A DNA stretch of 64,000 nucleotides from Microcoleus sp. GTDB taxonomy: Bacteria; Cyanobacteriota; Cyanobacteriia; Cyanobacteriales; Microcoleaceae. Below, piece by piece: positions 19,724-27,941 of the stretch. The stretch's first letter is position 1, and each line of letters begins with the position of its first letter. Location: NCBI GenBank assembly GCA_042408215.1, contig JAYFMW010000008.1:160001-224000 (forward strand), given 5' to 3'. The translations under genes and the position numbers were made by a program. The notes under the pieces are model-generated. The model did no database searches. It was not told where the DNA came from and saw only the letters and a list, made by a program, of their open reading frames with translations.

Positions 19724-20551
19724 CTATAGTATTTTTTCCAAGCCGTAAACGAGCGATCGCAATTCAAGCACTTTGCGTACAGCCAGCAACACTCCGGGCA
19801 TATAACAAGCGCGATCGCTCGTATCGTGCCGCAAAGTATAAACTTGACCCTCGCCACCAAAAATTACCTCTTGGTGAGCAATTAAACCGGGTAAGCGGAT
19901 GCTGTGAATCCGAATTCCTTCCTCCGCCAAACATCCCCTAGCTCCCTGCAACTTTTCGGTTTCTTCAACCTGCGGGGGATTGAAAGTTTTCCCCATTTCT
20001 GCTAACATTTGGGCAGTTTGAATGGCGGTGCCACTGGGAGCGTCGGCTTTTTGATTGTGGTGGAGTTCGATAATTTCTACGTGTTCAAAATATTGAGATG
20101 CTGTGACGGCAGCTTGTTGTAGTAGAACCATGCCGATCGAGAAATTGGGTATAATCAAACAACCAATGCTGGCTTTATCGGCAAATTCAGCTAATTTTTG
20201 AATTTGCTCGCTACTCAAACCGGTAGTGCCGACGACGGGGCGAATGCCGTATGCTATAGCCGATCGCACATTTTCGTAAACCGAATTCGGGTGTGTAAAA
20301 TCTACCATCACCCCTAACTGCTTTTCTTGAGCAGCCAATACGAGCATTCCTTGCAAATCGTCGGTAATGGGAACTTCCAACGGGCCGCCCCCGGCTAACT
20401 CTCCTGCATCGGCGTGCAAGGACTCAGGAGAGTGGTCTATGGCCCCGAATAGGGTTAGGTCCTTAGCCTTGGCGATCGCCTTAATTACTTCGCGGCCCAT
20501 TTTGCCGCCAGCACCGTTAACAATCACCGGAATCGGAAGTTGACTTGTCAT
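19724..20551 (-). CDS. dapB: 4-hydroxy-tetrahydrodipicolinate reductase
   Basis: [30 protein letters not shown] motifs. Confidence 0.97.
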   Translation of the reverse strand: MTSQLPIPVIVNGAGGKMGREVIKAIAKAKDLTLFGAIDHSPESLHADAGELAGGGPLEVPITDDLQGMLVLAAQEKQLGVMVDFTHPNSVYENVRSAIAYGIRPVVGTTGLSSEQIQKLAEFADKASIGCLIIPNFSIGMVLLQQAAVTASQYFEHVEIIELHHNQKADAPSGTAIQTAQMLAEMGKTFNPPQVEETEKLQGARGCLAEEGIRIHSIRLPGLIAHQEVIFGGEGQVYTLRHDTSDRACYMPGVLLAVRKVLELRSLVYGLEKIL

Positions 20552-21405
20552 AATTTGAAAAAATCCTTAAAGTCGATCGACTAAATTTTAATCCTAGCAG
20601 GACTTACCCACTATACGGCTTAGCATTAACTTTGTTAAATCAAGCAATCAGCTTAAGCAAACTCGGTTTCGGCACAAGTTCTGAAACAATCATACTCTAT
20701 CTAATAATAAGCTCAATTCTGTGAGAACAGACAACGACCAGCGAATTTGCACCGATCAATTTTTTCCGATGGCAGAAGTTGCTGTCTGTCTCAATCCTCG
20801 ACTGCGGTAGTGGGAATTTCTGAGGCGGATCTTCAAGCTTTGGGCCGATTTCTGATGGCCAAGTTCGCGATCGCACAAACCTTGACAAAATTGCCAAAGT
20901 ACCTGCCAAAAGCGATCGGTTTGGATTTGTACCGGGATTGGCCACAAGCAGCGGGGCGCAAGGAATTACTGGCGCAACTGCTGCGGGATACAAGGCGATG
21001 TATCGGGCGAAGGCTTTGGGAATGGTGTTGACTGGTGTGGGCGCGCATACAAAAAGCTTTAGGATGTGCGATCCTCTGACGGTTTTCCCGAACCAGATTG
21101 CTTCGTTCCTCCCAATGACATATTCTGGGATGCTTGGGGCGGGCGATCGCAAATACTAGAGGACACAGCGGCTAATTGTTCGCGGGGCTATTTGGGAACG
21201 GGTTTGAGTACCGAGAGTTTGAAGTTGGAGATTGCTGAGAGTGTGGAGACTGTGGCACTGTTGGCTAAGTTAAGAGCGGCTGTGAATAGGGTCAAGGTTA
21301 TTGTTTTGCTAAGCCCTTACCGAGGGATGATGCTACTGCTTTGATGGCCTCTGAGCCGCAGTGGTAGTTATTAGTTATTGGTTGTTATTTTTTCTCGATT
21401 GTTTT

Positions 21406-21702
21406 ATGAAACCTGAGCGCATTGTTTCTGCTAAAGTTATTGACGATCGCACCTTGATAATTAAGTTTACCAATCTGGAAATCAAGAAGTACGACATCTC
21501 TAAGTTATTAGACAATCCGATGTTTGCGACATTACGAAATCCTGGGTTTTTCAGGAATTTTACAATTGAACCTGGTGGTTATGCACTGGTTTGGAATGAG
21601 GAGATAGATATTAGTGAATATGAACTTTGGCAGAATGGAATTAGTTGCACGGATGAGGAAAGTGAGCGATATATTGAATCTATTCATCAGGTTGTTCACT
21701 GA
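21406..21702 (+). CDS. DUF2442 family protein
   Basis: IVSAKVIDDRTL.IKF.N.E.K.YD..F.TL.NP.FF..GGYALVWNEEIDI. Confidence 0.75.
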   Translation: MKPERIVSAKVIDDRTLIIKFTNLEIKKYDISKLLDNPMFATLRNPGFFRNFTIEPGGYALVWNEEIDISEYELWQNGISCTDEESERYIESIHQVVH

Positions 21703-21728
21703 GAAATAATACTTGACTATTCTGATAA

Positions 21729-22140
21729 ATCGCACGTTTTGACTTATGCCAAAAGAGCGATCGCCCTTAGTTGAGAAAGAGAAAGAAAGGGCGATCGCGA
21801 TTTGCTGTTTAGTTTTCGCTGGAATGGCGATCGCAACAACACCGCAAGCATAATGTAGTTGCACCCTGGTCAACCAAAACATGATCTAGGGTGATGGAAT
21901 GTATTTACTCAGTGGGAATGAATCCTCGTACAGCAGCAGACTGGTTGGCGCGATTGGTAATGGTCAGCGTTGTTAAAACTTTACCGATTGATTTGTCGGA
22001 AGTTGCGTACATTGCGATCGCGCCTCCGAGTCCGCCTGGGGGTTCAGAAACCGGGTTTTTGCACTCATATATCGGTTGAGAGGCAAAAGTTATGTGAAAA
22101 ACCCGGTTTCTTTTGTTTGGGCAAAAAGCGATCGCCCTTT
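21729..22140. repeat. ~400-bp direct repeat, copy 1 (hairpin motif + clan AA aspartyl protease remnant on minus strand + AAACCGGG/CCCGGTTT repeat)
   Basis: Highly similar to 22850-23253; remnant reads GKVLTTLTITNRANQSAAVRGFIPTE*. Confidence 0.75.
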
Positions 22141-22205
22141 TTGTCAAGTAGACATGATTTGAGATAAACTAATATAGATGCTAACTTGAATTTTGAGGAA
22201 ATTAT

Positions 22206-22517
22206 ATGACAGCAGTCATTGCAGAACATATTGAAATTACTCCGGGTATTTGTGGCGGTAAAGCGCGCATTGCCGGCCATCGAATTAAAGTACAGGATAT
22301 TGCCATCTGGTACGAAGATATGGGACTTTCGCCGGATGAAATTGTTTATCACTATCCTTCAATTACTTTGGCAGATGTCTATGCTGCTTTGGCGTATTAT
22401 CACGATCGCCGGCAAGAAATCCGACAACAAATTAGAGAAGATGAAGCTTTTGCACGCGAGATGCAGGCGCAAACTCCTTCTCTGCTTCAGGAAAAATTAA
22501 GAAATCGCAATGTCTGA
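22206..22517 (+). CDS. DUF433 family antitoxin-like protein
   Basis: IEITPGICGGKARIAGHRIKVQDI..GLSPDEI...YP.ITLADVYAALAYY. Confidence 0.92.
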   Translation: MTAVIAEHIEITPGICGGKARIAGHRIKVQDIAIWYEDMGLSPDEIVYHYPSITLADVYAALAYYHDRRQEIRQQIREDEAFAREMQAQTPSLLQEKLRNRNV

Positions 22518-22843
22518 AACTATTCGCTTTCATTTGGATGAAAATGTTAGCAATGCGATCGCCGAAAGTTTGCGGCGGCGCGGCATTGACGTGACGACTA
22601 CGCCGTCAGCAGGGCTGATGGGTTTCTCAGATGAGGAACAGATTGCTTTTGCTGTGAATGAAGACCGGGTTATTTTTACTCAGGATACAGATTTCTTGCG
22701 GCTGAATCAAGAGGAGTTACTCATAATGGTATAGTTTATTGTCAGCAGAATAGTCGCTCAATTGGTGAAATTGTGCGGGTTTAATTTTAATTTGGGAGTA
22801 TGTAGAACTGGAAGAGATGCGCGGGCGGGTTGAATTTATTTGA
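22510..22843 (+). pseudogene. DUF5615 family PIN-like toxin, frameshifted
   Basis: RFHLDENV..SDEEQ..RVIFTQDTDF; continues in shifted frames as THNGIVYCQQNSRSIGEIVR and LILIWEYVELEEMRGRVEFI*. Confidence 0.75.
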
Positions 22844-22849
22844 GGGTCA

Positions 22850-23253
22850 GATCGCACTTTTTGACTTATTCCAAAAGATCGATCGCCCTTTTTTGAGAAA
22901 AAGCAATAAAGGCCGATCGCGATTTGCTGTTGAGTTTTCGCTGGAATGGCGATCGCCTCATCTGGCAAGCATAATGTAGTTGCACCCCTGTCTACTAAAA
23001 CATGATCTAGCGTGATGGAACGTATTTGCTCAGTGGGAATGAATCCTCGTGTAGCAGCAGACTGGTCTGCACAATTGGTAACAGTCAGCATTGTTAAAAC
23101 TTTACCGATTGATTTGTCGGAAGTTGCGTACATATCGAGCCTCCGAGTCCGCTTGGGGGTTCAGAAACCGGGTTTTTGCACTCATATATCGGTTGAGACG
23201 TAAAGGTTATGTAAAAAACCCGGTTTCTTTTGTTTGGGTAAAGGGCGATCGCC
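22850..23253. repeat. ~400-bp direct repeat, copy 2, with aspartyl protease remnant
   Basis: Minus strand RGFIPTEQIRSITLDHVLVDRGATTLCLP (degenerate DTGA motif). Confidence 0.75.
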
Positions 23254-23347
23254 CTCCCCATCCCCAAAAAGGAATATGGTAAATAAAACAATCAGTAAGT
23301 TACAATTAGACTTACAATAATTAAGGAGTTATGAGGAATGTGTAAAT

Positions 23348-23692
23348 ATGGCAAAATTTCCGAACGAACTTGCGGAAATTATCTGGAATTTAAAACGCCA
23401 GTTGCTAGATATTGTTGATGCAGCAACAGCAGCAGAATTGACTCTGTTTGAATTGTTTGGAGAAACGAGTGATACAATCCCATTTCTTAATGAACTGAAA
23501 AGTGTGGCTGAACGTGCTGTACCCTGGTTTTCTCGGTTGTCTAATTTTCAGTTACGCATAGCTGAGTCTCAACCCACAATTTCGGCTGATATGCTAAACT
23601 TAGTAAACCAATCTATTGAACGCATCCAGATGGAAATTCCGGCAATGGAACGGAGTATTCAAGAAGTCAAAACGGAGTGGAATTTGCCATGA
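23348..23692 (+). CDS. Hypothetical helical protein
   Basis: 114-aa ORF with ATGA overlap to the next gene. Confidence 0.7.
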   Translation: MAKFPNELAEIIWNLKRQLLDIVDAATAAELTLFELFGETSDTIPFLNELKSVAERAVPWFSRLSNFQLRIAESQPTISADMLNLVNQSIERIQMEIPAMERSIQEVKTEWNLP

Positions 23693-23898
23693 CTAGCCAA
23701 CCGCGTATTCCCGATCCTGAAACAGCCAAGAGATTATTGGCTAATTTGCGTCGCAGTCGTTTAGCGATGGAAGCAGCGACTCTGGAATTAGAAGACATTA
23801 CGATGCAGTTGGAAAATGATAGCAGACAAAGGCGTTTGGTGAGATTAAGACAGGCAATTAAGGATGCTGAGGCTGCGAGTTTTTCAGTCAATGTCTGA
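23689..23898 (+). CDS. Hypothetical small protein
   Basis: Translationally coupled to the previous gene (ATGA at 23689-23692). Confidence 0.6.
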   Translation: MTSQPRIPDPETAKRLLANLRRSRLAMEAATLELEDITMQLENDSRQRRLVRLRQAIKDAEAASFSVNV

Positions 23899-24091
23899 AA
23901 TTATTTCTTAAATATCGCCCCAAAACCGATAATTTTAATATTGACGAAAACACAAAGGGCGATCGCACGTTTTGACTTATTCCAAAAGGGCCAGATCCCT
24001 AGTTGTCAAGTAAACATCATTTGAGATAAACTAATCCTGAAACTATTCCCTAAAAATATCGCCCATCACCGACAATTTGAATGAACATCAT

Positions 24092-24345
24092 GTCCCCCCC
24101 TTAAGAAGGGGGGCTAGGGGGGATCAATCCAAGACTAAACGACCCAACCATGAATTTCAACCAACATCCAGTCCCCCCCTTCTTAAGGGGGGCTAGGGGG
24201 GATCAATCCAAGACTAAACAACCCAACCGACAATTTCAATGCACATCTTGTCCCCCCCTTCTTAAGGGGGGCTAGGGGGGATCAATCCAAGACTAAACAA
24301 CCCAACCATAAACTTAAACCAACATCCAGTCCCCCCTTAATAAGG
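24092..24345. repeat. 79-bp tandem repeat (3 full copies plus a partial) carrying GTCCCCCCCTT..AAGGGGGGCTAGGGGGGATC
   Basis: Units start at 24092, 24171, 24250, 24329. Confidence 0.9.
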
Positions 24346-24360
24346 AGCACCAGGAAAATC

Positions 24361-24741
24361 ATGCCTTTATTAAAAGACTCAAACTTCCACCTACCATACA
24401 ACCCAAAACTCATCCCCATCGCCAAACAACTGCGAAAAAATCCAACTCCATCCGAAAAAAAACTGTGGCAGAATTTTCTGAGAAATTTCCCTTTTCGAGT
24501 TTTGAGACAACGAGCGATCGACAATTTTATTGTAGACTTTTATTGTGCGGCTTTACTGTTAGTAATTGAAATAGATGGCGAGAGTCATTTTACTGAAGAA
24601 GGGAAACTATATGATGCAGAAAGAACCGGGATTTTAGAGGGGTATGGATTGAAGGTTGTCAGGTTTACGAATGTTGATGTGTTGCAGAGTTTTGAAGGGG
24701 TTTGTGGGGAGTTGTTGGGTTTGATTGAGGGTGATTTTTGA
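24361..24741 (+). CDS. DUF559 (Vsr-like) endonuclease domain protein
   Basis: AKQLRKNPT.SEKKLW..LR, RQRAID.FIVDFYC..LVIEIDGESH, DAERT..LE..G.KVVRFTN. Confidence 0.92.
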   Translation: MPLLKDSNFHLPYNPKLIPIAKQLRKNPTPSEKKLWQNFLRNFPFRVLRQRAIDNFIVDFYCAALLLVIEIDGESHFTEEGKLYDAERTGILEGYGLKVVRFTNVDVLQSFEGVCGELLGLIEGDF

Positions 24742-24746
24742 GGCCA

Positions 24747-24780
24747 GATCCCCCCTAACCCCCCTTAAGAAGGGGGGGAC
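24747..24780. repeat. Inverted copy of the GTCCCCCCCTTCTTAAGGGGGG.TAGGGGGGATC repeat
   Basis: Reverse complement matches 24171-24204 at all but one position. Confidence 0.9.
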
Positions 24781-24868
24781 ATGAAGGAGGATAGATTGTT
24801 CGCTAATTCCAAGCATCGCACTTTTTGACTTATTCCAAAAGGACGATCGACCTTGTAGTTTATCAAGG

Positions 24869-25246
24869 CTAAGCAGCCATCGGGCAAAGGCTCAGAGTTG
24901 AACAATCAACTTTAATTCTCGGTCGCAGTTCAACTTGAACTAAAGTTTTGAATTCTTCATTTTTGGGGGCAACTAAAAATTCTAATTTACCGTTAATATA
25001 ATCATTAATTTCAATAAAGTTCACGAGTTCAAAACACATAATACCCACAGTGCCATCGGCTATTTTTAATTCAATTTGAACTGATTTTTGAATGATATTC
25101 ATTCCAAATTTGAGGGTGACACCTAATGAATCTGTCACTTCATAACACCAATAGCCATCGGAGGGTTGGGAATCTTTTGGTTCTTCACAAAATAATTCTA
25201 GAAAAGCTAGTTCATCAAATCCATCATGTAAATTGATTTTTGCCAT
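24869..25246 (-). CDS. Candidate immunity protein resembling CdiI of the Kp342-type CDI tRNase
   Basis: DELAFLELF.EEP..Y...D..G..L.F..VQ..VELRPRIKV pattern; directly downstream of the toxin-like gene; similarity recalled, not computed. Confidence 0.6.
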   Translation of the reverse strand: MAKINLHDGFDELAFLELFCEEPKDSQPSDGYWCYEVTDSLGVTLKFGMNIIQKSVQIELKIADGTVGIMCFELVNFIEINDYINGKLEFLVAPKNEEFKTLVQVELRPRIKVDCSTLSLCPMAA

Positions 25247-25267
25247 TTTCTTACCTAAGATATTGAG

Positions 25268-25675
25268 TTATTTTCCATAGATTATAGCACTGAGAAAGCG
25301 GCGAGTTCCATCGGGCAAGACTTCCCATGAACTTTGGACTTGGGCGAATTTTCCGGTTCTGCCCGGTAACAGTGAATCTCTAAGCTCTGTATCTATTGTA
25401 GCCTCTTCTCCTGTAGTGTGGTTTGTATAAATATTAATAAATCGCTCAACAATATTACTTTCTTCTTGGACTGCTTGTTCTAGATGAGTTTGAATAAATT
25501 GACGAGATTCTGAATCGTCATCAAATCCCAAGCGATTTAGTTGTTGTCTATTTTGTACCGCTCTTTTTGAGTTATGAGCGTCTGGCTTTATGTTGACATT
25601 GAATAAGTAATCGAGCTTGCGATCGTTAATGATGCAGGGTGTTTTTGCGTCGGTGGGTCGATCGGATTGTGTCAA
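25268..25675 (-). CDS. Stand-alone toxin domain resembling CdiA-CT tRNases of E. coli 3006 / K. pneumoniae 342 (BECR fold)
   Basis: KLDYLF..HN.KR..RLG..HL..NIV..RDSLL.G.TGK..SSWEVLPDG.RRFLSAI pattern; similarity recalled, not computed; TTG start uncertain. Confidence 0.65.
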   Translation of the reverse strand: MTQSDRPTDAKTPCIINDRKLDYLFNVNIKPDAHNSKRAVQNRQQLNRLGFDDDSESRQFIQTHLEQAVQEESNIVERFINIYTNHTTGEEATIDTELRDSLLPGRTGKFAQVQSSWEVLPDGTRRFLSAIIYGK

Positions 25676-25917
25676 TGGCTGATTTTTAAAATATAGATTT
25701 TGGGAATTGTAGGATTATATCATTTTGGCAGTTTTTTCATCCTACAGCACGATCGCACTCACAGCCCCAAAAAGTCGATCGCCCTTTTTGATTTATTCCA
25801 AAAGAGTGATCGCACTTTCTTGAGAAAGAGAAAGAAAGGTCGATCGCCCGTCGCACTCAAAAACCAGCCGTCACTTATCTATCTGGAGGGAGGCGCTAGT
25901 TTTATGCAGAATGTCGC

Positions 25918-27096
25918 CTAATCTTCAGAAAACTTTACAAATCGGAGATTTGAGTCTGGAAAAGTTGACTCAGGAAGGGCGATCGTCAAAACGTTCTCTA
26001 ACAACTCAAAAATTGTTTGCTTCGCAGCTAACAAAAGGGCGCAGTTTTGGGGGTTGAGAGTGAGGGAATCCAACCACGGCAGGCTGGTTTCGCTAATAGC
26101 TTCCAGGTGGCGGCAAAGCAGATGGGGGGCAATTTCGGTGGCGCTTTGTTCGAGGATTTTGGGAACGGCTTGCAGAAGGTTGGCTAGGGTGGCGGCATCG
26201 GGAGATTCCCAGACATAATCTGGTAATGACATGAGTTTAGCTGCGATTTCTGTAGGGGAAATTTCGTCGCCCCCATTGGTTTCTAACTGAATGATGCCTT
26301 GCTGCTGTGCTTTTTGCAGCAGGGTACAGCAACGAAGATATGCAGATTGAACGCGATGGAGGCTATCTTGCGGGGTGGGTTTTCCTGCTGTGCTGATGTT
26401 AATGGGAGCAACTTCTGTGAGGGGAACTCGGAGGCTGTACCAGCGCAGTGCATCCATACTCACGGCTTTGAGCAATTCTGCGGGGGCGATGTCGGGGATG
26501 GGATGGATTTGCTGGGTAGGTTTGTGGAAGGCGTAGAGTTTGATGGGTTGAACGATGATGAATTGAAATTGCTCTTTGGTGTAGCCTAAGCATTGCATGG
26601 CGGCGGTGAGTAGGATGTCGTAGCCGGTGTAAGTAGTGGGACGAATGAGGATGATTTTGTCATAGCCTTGTTGGAATATTTGATGGTAGCGGGCGATATC
26701 TTCTAGGAGTTGGGTGAATTCGCCGTCGCGGTGTTGGAGGACGCGATCGTAGTCATCGCCAAAGTCGGCGGTTTTGATAAACCAGTCTTTGGGTTCGTCT
26801 TTGAGGGCGGTTTGTTCGATGTTGGGGGGAAGGTCGGCGGCAAGTTGACGGGAAAGGGAGGCTTTGTAAATCTTTTGGCTGGTTTTAATTGAGTTAAAAA
26901 AGAGTTCAATATTAGGTAATATTTCTTGGTTATTTGCACTTTCTGTACTCACAAAATTGTAGCATTTTTCTAGGATGTTCTTAACAGTCGTTGTCAGGGA
27001 GCAACGAATATAAGCTGAGGAAGGAAGAGTTTCTAAAGGATATTCGGGAAGGCTCAACCAAATTTTAGCCGATTTTTGGGATAATGCCATCATCAT
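25918..27096 (-). CDS. Truncated arginyl-tRNA synthetase paralog with DALR anticodon-binding domain
   Basis: FGDDYDRVL...DG.FT....DIA..H...GYDKII, DALRWY, VQSAYLRCC.LL, APHLLC..L; no HIGH or KMSKR motif visible. Confidence 0.8.
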   Translation of the reverse strand: MMMALSQKSAKIWLSLPEYPLETLPSSAYIRCSLTTTVKNILEKCYNFVSTESANNQEILPNIELFFNSIKTSQKIYKASLSRQLAADLPPNIEQTALKDEPKDWFIKTADFGDDYDRVLQHRDGEFTQLLEDIARYHQIFQQGYDKIILIRPTTYTGYDILLTAAMQCLGYTKEQFQFIIVQPIKLYAFHKPTQQIHPIPDIAPAELLKAVSMDALRWYSLRVPLTEVAPINISTAGKPTPQDSLHRVQSAYLRCCTLLQKAQQQGIIQLETNGGDEISPTEIAAKLMSLPDYVWESPDAATLANLLQAVPKILEQSATEIAPHLLCRHLEAISETSLPWLDSLTLNPQNCALLLAAKQTIFELLENVLTIALPESTFPDSNLRFVKFSED

Positions 27097-27103
27097 TTCA
27101 CAC

Positions 27104-27390
27104 TTAAACTAGGGATGATATTTGTGGCAGCGGATTGGCGGGAGAGGGAGGCTTTGTAAATGCGATCGCTCTTTTGAATTGATTGAATAAATTCGTCAAG
27201 ATTGGGTGCGAGCTTCTGATTTTGGTTAATGTGTAAGGTGACGAACAATCAGAGCGTTGCAGAAAATTTTTGACAGTGATTGTAACACTACAGCGAATGT
27301 CCACTAAATAGGAGGCTATCCCTAAAGGTGTGTTAACGTAGCTTAATCAAATTTTATTTATCTGCCTCAATAATCGCTGCATATTCTTAT
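27104..27390 (-). pseudogene. Degenerate duplicate of the 5' end of the ArgRS-like gene
   Basis: IRCSVTITVKNFLQ vs IRCSLTTTVKNILE; FTKPPSP also matches the shifted frame of the intact gene (FTKPPFP). Confidence 0.55.
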
Positions 27391-27400
27391 ACTCCTTAAG

Positions 27401-27931
27401 CTAAACCATGTATTCCCAGCCTTTTTCATTCTCAATAAAGCTCTTAATATCAGATTTAAAACGCTTTAGAAAGCCGAGAAAATCATTAGATAATAATTTG
27501 ATATGTTTTGTTTGCCCATCGAATGTCCCATGATAAACAGATCCGGCAGGCAAATACAATACCTCATTATGTTCATCAACACGTAGTGCAAAGCGACCAC
27601 CACCACCATCCGATCCGAAAACTATTATTTTACAATTAATAGGTTCAGATATTCTAACTGGTTCACCGTTTTCAATTCCTCTTAGAATACCTTCAATTGT
27701 GTGGATGTAATAGCCCACATAAACATCTGGAAGATTGAGTCCATCACATTGCTCAAAGAAGGATATAAAGGAAGATGATGAAGCTAGTCCTGATATTGTC
27801 ATCAGATGGGGTAATAGTGTGTTGTTCCCTGGAATTCGGATCATATTATCCCCTAAAGGATAATTGAAGGCTATTTCGTTCATTTTTTTCAACATTAAAT
27901 TAACTTCATCTATCCATTTAATTACGTTCAT
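27401..27931 (-). CDS. SMI1/KNR4 (SUKH) family immunity protein
   Basis: F...CDGL.L, IIVFGSDGGGGRFAL..EVLYL; AGGAG RBS right after the toxin stop. Confidence 0.8.
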   Translation of the reverse strand: MNVIKWIDEVNLMLKKMNEIAFNYPLGDNMIRIPGNNTLLPHLMTISGLASSSSFISFFEQCDGLNLPDVYVGYYIHTIEGILRGIENGEPVRISEPINCKIIVFGSDGGGGRFALRVDEHNEVLYLPAGSVYHGTFDGQTKHIKLLSNDFLGFLKRFKSDIKSFIENEKGWEYMV

Positions 27932-27941
27932 TTAGTCTCCT

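Noticed and set aside
20697..21344. Several overlapping short ORFs between dapB and DUF2442
   Set aside because: Possibly a decayed gene, but I could not recognise a family or a consistent frame.
24092..24345. Regularly spaced palindromic repeats resembling a CRISPR array
   Set aside because: The intervening sequences are similar to each other rather than unique spacers, there are no cas genes, and the repeat is dispersed across the window.
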